Below, one piece after another: positions 28,731 through 36,197 of a DNA stretch of 51,222 nucleotides. The DNA is taken from the NCBI GenBank assembly GCA_036679645.1, contig JAZDCY010000023.1, forward strand, positions 1 to 51,222, written 5' to 3'. The notes under the pieces are model-generated. The model did not search any database. It was given only the letters and a program-made list of their open reading frames with translations, and was not told the DNA's origin. The number at the start of each line of letters is the position of its first letter. Positions within the stretch are counted from its first letter, which is position 1. The DNA comes from Gemmatimonadota bacterium. GTDB taxonomy: Bacteria > Gemmatimonadota > Gemmatimonadetes > Gemmatimonadales > GWC2-71-9. The position numbers were made by a program, and so were the translations under genes.

Positions 28731-29204
28731 ATGCGTCACACCACAACCGCCCTGACGCTCGCGATCTTGCTCGTGGGCGCCGAACCGCATACTGCCCTGG
28801 GCCAGCAGGGACCACCGCCGCCCGACTTTCTCGTGACCGTGCGCTCGGCCCACGATTTCGAGACGACACTGGCGATGCTCAAACAGGCCATCGAGGGCGA
28901 AAACCTGATGGTCGTGCATGAGGTCAATCCCCAGCAAATGTTGCGCATGGTGGGTATGCGAGTGCGCGGAATGCGCCAGGTGTACTTCTTCCATCCTCGC
29001 TACATGCAGCAGATTCTCGAGACCAATCGCAACGGCGGCATCGAGCCACCTCTCAAGATCATCGTGATGGAACGGCCCGACGGCGGTGCCATGGTCCGTT
29101 ATCACGATCCCGTACACCAGTTCGCGCCGTACGACGGGCTGGCTGACGTGGCGACCGAGCTGCGCGGCGTGATCGAGACGATCGTGGGCTCGATTCGAGG
29201 CTGA
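28731..29204 (+). CDS. Exported DUF302-family protein
   Basis: TAAGGAG RBS; signal peptide; DFETT..LKQAI, PLKIIVME; Met-rich. Confidence 0.7.
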   Translation: MRHTTTALTLAILLVGAEPHTALGQQGPPPPDFLVTVRSAHDFETTLAMLKQAIEGENLMVVHEVNPQQMLRMVGMRVRGMRQVYFFHPRYMQQILETNRNGGIEPPLKIIVMERPDGGAMVRYHDPVHQFAPYDGLADVATELRGVIETIVGSIRG

Positions 29205-29210
29205 GCACTG

Positions 29211-29966
29211 GTGTCTTCCGCTGGTCCCGATCGTCGGCGCACCACCCTGGGCCTCCTAGCATTCGTTGCAGGGGGCGCGGTACCCATTCAACTCGTCACG
29301 CTCTCGTTCGGATACTCGGAGTACTACCGCGGGATCGATCTGGGCCCGCGCATAATCGCGGTGGCCCACGAGTTCGCGAAGTGGTACATCCCGCTCGTAC
29401 TCATCCCCGCCATCCTGATTCTTGTTGGCGTCGCAGTCTATTCCCGCAAACGGTATCCCGACCTGTTCCGCCGTATCGTGGTCGGTGCCAGCATGGGCGC
29501 GATTGCGACAATTGCCCTTGATGCGGTACGGGAGGCCGGGGTCATCCACGGCTGGCTGCCGGGAGACAATCCGGTGAATTTCGGCAAGATGGCCACCGGC
29601 AGCGCCAGGTTCGCCGTGTTCTACCCGGTGGGACTGCTCGTTCACTATCTGAACGGGGCGAACTTCGGCCTTTTCTATGCGTTCGTGTGGGGACGGAGAT
29701 CCTCCTATCTGAGCGCTGCCACGTGGGCCACGGTGTGGGCCTTGATCATCGAGCTGGGCATGATGCTCGGCCCGCCGATGGCCCCGATGGTAGGGATCTT
29801 CGGGAAGAACTATGCGTGGCCCCAGTTCTTTCTTCTGACGCTCGTGGCGCACATATTCTTTGGCGTCGCCACGGGTCTCTTGGTCCAGACATTTCTGCGC
29901 GAAGAGGATCGAAGCTGGCTCCTGCCGTTCCTGCGGGGGCATCGTGCAACCGCAGCAGCATCATGA
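29211..29966 (+). CDS. Multi-pass membrane protein of unknown function
   Basis: About six hydrophobic segments; VHYLNGANFG, ELGMM, AHIFFG. Confidence 0.7.
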   Translation: MSSAGPDRRRTTLGLLAFVAGGAVPIQLVTLSFGYSEYYRGIDLGPRIIAVAHEFAKWYIPLVLIPAILILVGVAVYSRKRYPDLFRRIVVGASMGAIATIALDAVREAGVIHGWLPGDNPVNFGKMATGSARFAVFYPVGLLVHYLNGANFGLFYAFVWGRRSSYLSAATWATVWALIIELGMMLGPPMAPMVGIFGKNYAWPQFFLLTLVAHIFFGVATGLLVQTFLREEDRSWLLPFLRGHRATAAAS

Positions 29967-29994
29967 TGGGCATCGACACGGGGAGATAGACGCG

Positions 29995-30462
29995 ATGTCG
30001 AAACTTCAATGGGCAGCGGTAGGCACCGTGCTGGTTTTCGGGATCGTCTTGCAGATCCCGCGCCACGACCATGGGCAAATGCCCGGTCACGATCACCCGG
30101 ATCACATACACGAGCAGGGCGATGACATCGGCCCGGCAATGTCCGCCGCGGTGATGCAGACAACGACCGCGGTACCGGCTGGCCGGGAGCGTCTTCTGCT
30201 CAACATCAGCGGAATGACGTGAACAGGCTGTGCCGCGACGGCCCGTGTGGCCTTAACCCGCGTCGAGGGTGTCGAGAGCGCTGACGTTTCGTACGAGACC
30301 GGAACCGGTGAGGTTGTCTACAATCCCGACCTAACATCGCCGGAGATCTTTCTCGCGGAGCTGGAGCGCATGACCGGCTTTACGGGAACCGTGCAACAGC
30401 CCCCGGCACCTGGTGCCGGTGAGCCCGCCGATTCCGCTACCACGGAGTTACGGTCACGCTAG
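29995..30462 (+). CDS. Predicted selenoprotein: membrane-anchored His-rich HMA/MerP-like protein, Sec76 (GMT-U-TGC)
   Basis: Reading through TGA 30220-30222 gives LNISGMT*TGCAATARVALTRVEGVESADVSY, an intact HMA domain; SECIS-like hairpin follows. Confidence 0.85.
30232..30251 (+). promoter_or_regulatory. Putative bacterial SECIS element 1
   Basis: GCCGC(G)ACG-GCC-CGTGTGGC, 8-bp stem starting 9 nt after the UGA. Confidence 0.65.
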
Positions 30463-30605
30463 CACACCGCAGGCTACAAGCTCGGTAGACATCGCGGGCG
30501 CCCTCTCCCGCACGTGACTTTCACTTCCGTTCGCGCGTTACATCTAGTGTGAGCCTCCCTTTTCCCGCCCGGGAGGACCTTCCCGTGGTACCCAGGGAGC
30601 AAGCG

Positions 30606-31268
30606 ATGTCCGCCATGTCAAGTCAGATTGTGGAACAACTACTTGACTGCCTACCCACCTTCACGGCAGACGAGCAGGCGGTGGCTCTCGCCGCCTATCG
30701 CGAACTTGCGCTGGGTGAGCCCGTGAGCACTGCGCGCCTCGCAAGCGCCACGGGACGACCCGAAGCGGATGTGCGCGAGATTCTGGAACGCCCGCATCTC
30801 AAGAGCCTCACGTACAGCGACGACACGGGCATCGTGGGATTCGGCGGACTCGCCGTGCGCAAGATGCACCACCGGTTCACCGTCGATGGACGGCAACTCT
30901 ACACGTGGTGCGCGTGGGACAGTCTATTCATCCCACCCATCCTCGATCGCCCCGCGGAGGTCGCGTCGCCGTGCCCAACGACCGGCGAAACCGTTCGCGT
31001 CGTGCTGAGCCCAAAAGGCGTCCAGTCGATCGAGCCCGAGACGGCGGTCATGTCATTCCTCATGCCCGATGCGTCCGCGTTCGGTGGAGACGTACAGCAG
31101 ACGATGTCGTCGTTCTGCCACTTCGTGTACTTCTTTGCATCACCTGACGCGGCGGCACCGTGGATCGACAACCACCCCGGAACCGTCGTCATGTCCATCG
31201 CAGATGGCTTCCGGCTTGGAGCACTGATGAACGAAACGCGCTGGGGCATCGTTCGAACAGCCAGATGA
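30606..31268 (+). CDS. merB: Organomercurial lyase
   Basis: LYTWCAWD (C96/D99), SPCP (C117), SFCHFVYFF (C159); N-terminal wHTH. Confidence 0.92.
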   Translation: MSAMSSQIVEQLLDCLPTFTADEQAVALAAYRELALGEPVSTARLASATGRPEADVREILERPHLKSLTYSDDTGIVGFGGLAVRKMHHRFTVDGRQLYTWCAWDSLFIPPILDRPAEVASPCPTTGETVRVVLSPKGVQSIEPETAVMSFLMPDASAFGGDVQQTMSSFCHFVYFFASPDAAAPWIDNHPGTVVMSIADGFRLGALMNETRWGIVRTAR

Positions 31269-31615
31269 ACAAGCGCCTCTTCGAGATCGGCTCCGTGACA
31301 GGAGCGACGGGGTCCGCACTCGCCAGTGCCGCCGCCAGCATCTGCTGCGTCGGCCCGATTGCGATCACGCTGCTAGGTGTGCAGGGCGCCATCTGGGCGG
31401 CCGGCGTCAAACCGTATCGCTACTACCTGCTCGGCGGGGCGGCGCTCTTTATCGTGGTCGCGTACTGGATTGCATACCGCCCGCCGAGGTTCATTGCCGG
31501 CGCCAGTTGCGCGACGGGCGGGGGACGGTTCACGAAGATCACCCTGTGGACGTCGGCCGCTGTCTGGGCGGCGGCGTTGGCCCTCAACATCGCCATCGAC
31601 CAAAGTTTGTTCTAG
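31265..31615 (+). CDS. merT: Second MerT-family transporter
   Basis: ASICCVGP, KPYRYYLL, single loop Cys; ATGA overlap with merB. Confidence 0.8.
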   Translation: MNKRLFEIGSVTGATGSALASAAASICCVGPIAITLLGVQGAIWAAGVKPYRYYLLGGAALFIVVAYWIAYRPPRFIAGASCATGGGRFTKITLWTSAAVWAAALALNIAIDQSLF

Positions 31616-31624
31616 GAGAATCGC

Positions 31625-32194
31625 ATGCGTAAGCTCGCCGTCCTCGTCGCCGCCGTCGCGGCAATCACCGCGGCCGGAGGCGCGATATCGTCTTCGTCAC
31701 CGAGTCACATCACGCTCGATCGCAACGCCGAGCCGCTCAAGTCGAGCTTCAACGCGGACGTCGGGAAGACACGTATTGTCATGTTGGTGGCCCCTACGTG
31801 AGGGGGATGTCTTCGGGGGGCCTCCGAAGTCCAGAAGAAGACGCTCGCAGAAATCGACGACCCAAACTTGCGGGCCTATACCGTCTGGGTGCCGCGGAAC
31901 GGCGCGCGCGCGCGTCACGTGGAGCGCGTCACCGGCCTCGTGACCGACGAGCGGGCGACCCAGTACTGGGACGAACACAGCGCCGTGATCGATCCGTTCG
32001 ATGAGATGCTCACGCTCACCGGCCCGTGTGCCGGTGTATTCCTTATATACGGTCCGGATGCCGTCTGGGAGGACGAGACGCCACCCGAGCCCGACTACGT
32101 CGAGGACGCGCACGCCCGCGAGTACAACCGCCCGCACCCGCAGTTCAACGGCCGCCGGTTCGCCGATGCCGTTCGCGCCGCATTGAGCAACTGA
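31625..32194 (+). CDS. Predicted selenoprotein: exported thioredoxin-fold protein, Sec59 (PT-U-GGC)
   Basis: AGGAGA RBS, ATG 31625, signal peptide; RIVMLVAPT*GGCLRGASEV continues in frame past TGA 31799-31801 to 32194. Confidence 0.82.
31805..31832 (+). promoter_or_regulatory. Putative bacterial SECIS element 2
   Basis: CTTCGGGG-GGC-CTCCGAAG 8-bp stem 9 nt after the UGA, plus lower GGA/TCC pairs. Confidence 0.7.
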
Positions 32195-32280
32195 TCGATC
32201 CCCAACCGGCGGTGACGCTTCGGGTGGCGCGTCCGTCAGGGAGTTGCCTGCAAACTCAAGCGCAAGGACGTCACGCAGCT

Positions 32281-32505
32281 TCAGCGGTGATCTAGGAACT
32301 CGGCCAGTGTCAGCCCCACGTCCTTCGCAATCTGGCGCAGAAGGATGGGGGCGATGTCGCGGCCGCTGTGGAACGGGATGGTTGTGGCCCGCCCATCTGG
32401 ATGTCGGTACTGTCGGTGGGAACCGCGCTGGCGGGTGAGACTGAAACCGAGGCGCCCAAGGATCTTCTCGACTTCCCGTGGCTTCAGGACGGGGGGACGC
32501 CCCAC
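32281..32505 (-). CDS. hicA: HicA toxin
   Basis: LGF..RQRGSH..HPDGRATTIPFH. Confidence 0.9.
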   Translation of the reverse strand: MGRPPVLKPREVEKILGRLGFSLTRQRGSHRQYRHPDGRATTIPFHSGRDIAPILLRQIAKDVGLTLAEFLDHR

Positions 32506-32506
32506 C

Positions 32507-32716
32507 TCAGGCTATGGTGACCGTCTGGGTTCCGATGAATTGGCCATCAAGCTCCGGCTCGCCGTCCTCGAGCAGCATCTCGATGACTTCACGGAGGTTT
32601 GTTTGGAGTTCGTCGAGCGTAGGGGCCTGGCTATGAGCTCCCGGCCAGCCTGGAATGTAGCCAACGTACAGGTCGGTTGCCGGATCCCGCTCGACGACGG
32701 CGGTGTAGTTTCGCAT
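32507..32716 (-). CDS. hicB: Short HicB antitoxin
   Basis: YVGYIPGWPGAHSQAPTLDEL..NLREVI. Confidence 0.88.
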   Translation of the reverse strand: MRNYTAVVERDPATDLYVGYIPGWPGAHSQAPTLDELQTNLREVIEMLLEDGEPELDGQFIGTQTVTIA

Positions 32717-32939
32717 GGTTTGAGGAAGATACAGCACCCCGCGCCAAACGTGAAGCTGCCCAAGGCCGTCTAGAGGGACCTTGTCAACCAAACCGTCGCA
32801 TCATCATGGCAGAGCCACATCGGCACGAGTTGATTATTCGCGACCCGTATCGAACCAGTTGGTGATGCCGGGGGCGAAGGTTCAGACGGTATGATGACGG
32901 GGCGCGCAACGCGAACCGACGTGGACGGTGTCAAGTTCA

Positions 32940-33896
32940 TCAACATGCCGCGAGCCGGTCTCGGATCGAACGGATATGGTCCGGACCCGTACGGCAACAG
33001 CCGCCGATGAGCGTCGCCCCGGCGGCGCGCCACTTCTGCGCCAACTCCCCGAAATCGACGGGCGCAGCTTCACCAATCCAGCTCCTCGAATCACCGTCGA
33101 AGCGCTCGCCGGAGTTGGGATAGACGACGACGGGTTTCGCCGCACCGGCCTGAAACGCGCGAATGAGCCCGGGTATGAAGCGCGGTGCCGTACAATTGGC
33201 ACCGACAGCGATCACTTGCGGTTGATCGCGGAAAAGCGCCGCGATGTCGGCGATAGGAGTGCCGTCACTCAACCGGCGTTCATCACGGCAGCTGAAGCTG
33301 AACCAAGCGCAGACATCTGCCGTCTCATGCAGTAGCTGAAGAAGAACCTCTGTCTCTACACGTGACGGGATCGTCTCGCAGGCCAACAGATCCGCGCCCG
33401 ACGCCGCGAGGAGATGCCAGCGTTTTCGATGGAAAGCGAGCAGACCAGCTCGATCCAGGTGGTAGCGGCCGGTGTACTCGGACCCGTCGGCAAGGAACGC
33501 TCCGTAGGGACCAACGCTGGCGGCCACGATGGGTCGCACCCGATCAGCGTGCTGGCCGCCCGTTTCCCAGAACGTGTCGCGCGCGCTCGTCGCGATACTC
33601 ACCGACGACCGGATCAGTTCCGCCGCCGCCGCCTCAGCGATGCCTCGCTTCCGGAACCCCGCGAAGGTTGCCTGGTAGCTTGCGCTGATGAGGCAGTCGG
33701 CGCCCGCCTCCAAGTAGTCGAGATGCACCGCCCGAACGAGATCCGGATCATCTATCAACAGCCTGGCCGACCAGAGACCGTCGTCCAAGCTGGCCCCCCG
33801 AGCCTCCAACTCGGTTGCCAGCCCACCGTCCAGGATCAGCACGCCGTGCTGTTCGATCGCAACGGTGATGGGACTGATTGCTCGTCCCCGCGTCAT
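32940..33896 (-). CDS. mmuM: Homocysteine S-methyltransferase
   Basis: ILDGGLATELE, SVGPYGA..DGSEY, CETIP, GANC, YPNSGE, IGGCC. Confidence 0.92.
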   Translation of the reverse strand: MTRGRAISPITVAIEQHGVLILDGGLATELEARGASLDDGLWSARLLIDDPDLVRAVHLDYLEAGADCLISASYQATFAGFRKRGIAEAAAAELIRSSVSIATSARDTFWETGGQHADRVRPIVAASVGPYGAFLADGSEYTGRYHLDRAGLLAFHRKRWHLLAASGADLLACETIPSRVETEVLLQLLHETADVCAWFSFSCRDERRLSDGTPIADIAALFRDQPQVIAVGANCTAPRFIPGLIRAFQAGAAKPVVVYPNSGERFDGDSRSWIGEAAPVDFGELAQKWRAAGATLIGGCCRTGPDHIRSIRDRLAAC

Positions 33897-34091
33897 GAAC
33901 CGCCCGGCAACGCCGCAAAACGTGAGTCGATCGAGAACGTCACTGCGCTCATGGACATCCTCCGTAGGCTCCCTCACACCCTGGCACAGTCGCCACAAAT
34001 AATACAGCACCGGAGATCGTCACCAGTCGATGCCCGTCGCCTCCCTGTTCCGCGGGTAGCTCCGGGTCTTGAAACCTGGGAGCCTGTAAAT

Positions 34092-34108
34092 CCGTAATGG
34101 TATTACGG
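34092..34108. promoter_or_regulatory. Inverted repeat, possible operator
   Basis: CCGTAAT-GGT-ATTACGG between mmuM and the RHH-like gene. Confidence 0.45.
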
Positions 34109-34161
34109 GCCGCTTCTCAGACATGTTATCACGTTGAGTACCAATAGTTTGGAGCGCATAC

Positions 34162-34587
34162 GTGGTGGAAAAAAAGACTGGATTCTTCGAGCACTTGCGG
34201 AAGGAACTGGATCAATGGGGCATCGATCTCGAGGCCCTGAGCTGCGACGACCTGACGCCCGAGTGCATGAAGGTCGTCTGTATGCCGGCGGGTCTTCGCG
34301 GGAGCCTGGAAGATCTCGGTAAGACGCCTCGCGGCAACGTGGTGATGGTCCGTGTAGACGACATCACCTCCAGGAAACTGGATGCCTGGGTAGAGACGGG
34401 GGCCGTGAAGACCCGGTCCCAGGCGGCGGCCTTGTTCATTCGCGAAGGCCTGAAGGTACGCGAGCAGGAGCTTTCGGATCTCGAAACTGCGCTGCGCGGC
34501 GTCCACGACGCCAAAGAAGAACTCCGCCGCAAGGCCCGCGAGGTGTTCGGCGACGAAGATGAAAAGGAAACAAAGGAGTCACGATGA
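34162..34587 (+). CDS. RHH-like DNA-binding protein with N-terminal Cys cluster and C-terminal coiled coil
   Basis: CDDLTPECMKVVC; NVVMVRVD..LDAWVETG..TRSQAAALFIREGL. Confidence 0.6.
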   Translation: MVEKKTGFFEHLRKELDQWGIDLEALSCDDLTPECMKVVCMPAGLRGSLEDLGKTPRGNVVMVRVDDITSRKLDAWVETGAVKTRSQAAALFIREGLKVREQELSDLETALRGVHDAKEELRRKAREVFGDEDEKETKESR

Positions 34588-34859
34588 GCGGAATGACCAT
34601 TCTGGCCCTGATTGGGCTGTTCATGTGGTGCGGCGCGCTGTCGCGCCGGTTGGTACACACCGGCACGCTTGGGTGCATGCCCGGGGACGCACACACGACA
34701 GAAGAGGCCGAGTCGCAAATGGCGGACCTGACGGACGCGTATCATCGGCTTGAGGCCGACATGGCGACACGCGTCACCGAGCTGGAGGAGCGATTGGATT
34801 TGGCGGAACTCATGCTCGCGCAGCAGAAGCAGCAGGTCTACGTCCGCGGGAGCGCGTAA
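34584..34859 (+). CDS. Small membrane-anchored coiled-coil protein
   Basis: AAGGAG RBS, ATGA overlap, TM helix then RVTELEERLDLAE. Confidence 0.65.
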   Translation: MSGMTILALIGLFMWCGALSRRLVHTGTLGCMPGDAHTTEEAESQMADLTDAYHRLEADMATRVTELEERLDLAELMLAQQKQQVYVRGSA

Positions 34860-34892
34860 CGGCGCAAGCCCCCGCGCGCGCTTGCGGCGGTC

Positions 34893-35163
34893 GTGCTCAC
34901 CGGCAGCGTGCTTATGAGCCTCGCGGTGACCGGCGCGAGCTGGTCCCCGGTAGCGGGCGCGGCGTTCTACGTCTGGCTGGTATACACGTTCGGCCACCTT
35001 GGCATCTCGTTTCTGCTCGCGAGCGCAATTGCGACGCCTGGCTGCGAGATGCGCGCCATACCCCACCTCTGGACGATTCTCACCGGGCGCGTAACCAAGG
35101 AACACTATTGCCGGTGTGCTCGATCCGATCGACAAATGGGAAGCGCGGCGAAGCGGCAGGTAG
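34893..35163 (+). pseudogene. Degraded membrane protein gene (TPGCEMRAIP motif)
   Basis: After EHYC a frame change at ~35112 gives GVLDPIDKWEARRSGR*; 5' part looks missing. Confidence 0.45.
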
Positions 35164-35212
35164 GGTGGTGGAGGTCGTTCAATCACCTGGCTCATGATAC
35201 TGGGAGCGATTC

Positions 35213-35230
35213 GGGGGGGGGGGGGGGGGG
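35213..35230 (+). repeat. 18-nt poly-G run
   Basis: Directly visible homopolymer. Confidence 0.9.
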
Positions 35231-35339
35231 CAGAAATCGGACCTCAACACGTGTCGCGAGTGGCCCTTATCTCGGTCTACGGTGAGTTGGGCAGAACACG
35301 CAGGCGGGGCTATCTTTCGGGGGTGGACGGAGGATCCCT

Positions 35340-35567
35340 ATGACAGCTGAAACCTCTGTGATCTCGACGAATCCCGACATTCTTGGTGGGACGCCCGTGT
35401 TCGCCGGCACCCGGGTGCCTGTTCAGACGCTCCTTGACTATCTGGAAGCCGGTCGTCCCCTTGACGAATTCCTCGACGATTTTCCCACGGTGAGTCGGGA
35501 GCAGGCGGTTCGCCTCCTGGAGGAAGCGAAGCATCTCTTAGAAGCGAAGGCGCGTCCTGCTGGATGA
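35340..35567 (+). CDS. DUF433-family antitoxin
   Basis: NPDILGGTPVFAGTRVPV..DFPTV. Confidence 0.9.
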   Translation: MTAETSVISTNPDILGGTPVFAGTRVPVQTLLDYLEAGRPLDEFLDDFPTVSREQAVRLLEEAKHLLEAKARPAG

Positions 35568-35868
35568 GTGTCTCCCGCGTCGCCTGAAGCACGAGTTACC
35601 CGAGCATGATGTGCGAAGCGTGCCTGAGATGGGCTGGGCAAGCAAGAGCAATGGAGAGCTTCTAGAGCTGGCGGCGGGGCGTTTCGACGCGTTCCTGCCG
35701 ATTGATCGCGGAATCCAATATCAACAGAACCTGTCCAACGTGCGCCTTGGCATCATCGCGATGCAGGCACCAAGCAACGACATTGGTGATCTCCGGCCCC
35801 TCATGCCGGCTGTGAACAGAACCTTGCGAGATCTCAGGGCTGGTGAGTTCAAGCGCGTGTCTGCGTAA
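35548..35868 (+). pseudogene. DUF5615 PIN-like toxin with the start codon apparently lost
   Basis: AGG then RVLLDECLP..MGW..NGELL..YQQNL; TAG at 35539 upstream in frame. Confidence 0.65.
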
Positions 35869-36197
35869 CCGGCAAACGCAGCTGGTTTCAGCAAACAATC
35901 CGTCGTGCTGGACACTCATCCGAGTGTGCCCCGGAAGGCACCGCACGACATTCTCTCCGAGGTGCGGTACCGGTTCCGAGGCCGACGTGCTACGGGCAGG
36001 CTCCAGTGAACGCCTCAATCACCGGAGTCCCGTCGGGTGCGACCACCACTTGCGCGTGGACGCCGAGGTTGAGCGTCTCACCGTCCTGAGCGGTGAACCT
36101 CACGATGCTGCACGATTGCGGTGCTCAACGCCGCAGCCTCGCCGATGAGAAAGCGATGTAGGTCGGACGAGCGCGTGAGCCCGTGACGGCGTGCAAG

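Noticed and set aside
29202..29211. Possible third Sec readthrough: the DUF302 TGA is in frame with the next gene
   Set aside because: The TGA follows a complete domain, has no Cys-motif context, lacks the hairpin geometry of the other two, and a GAGG precedes GTG 29211
35985..36110. Minus-strand gene-like tail (..VVAPDGTPVIEAFTGACP*)
   Set aside because: Too short, no start and no recognisable family
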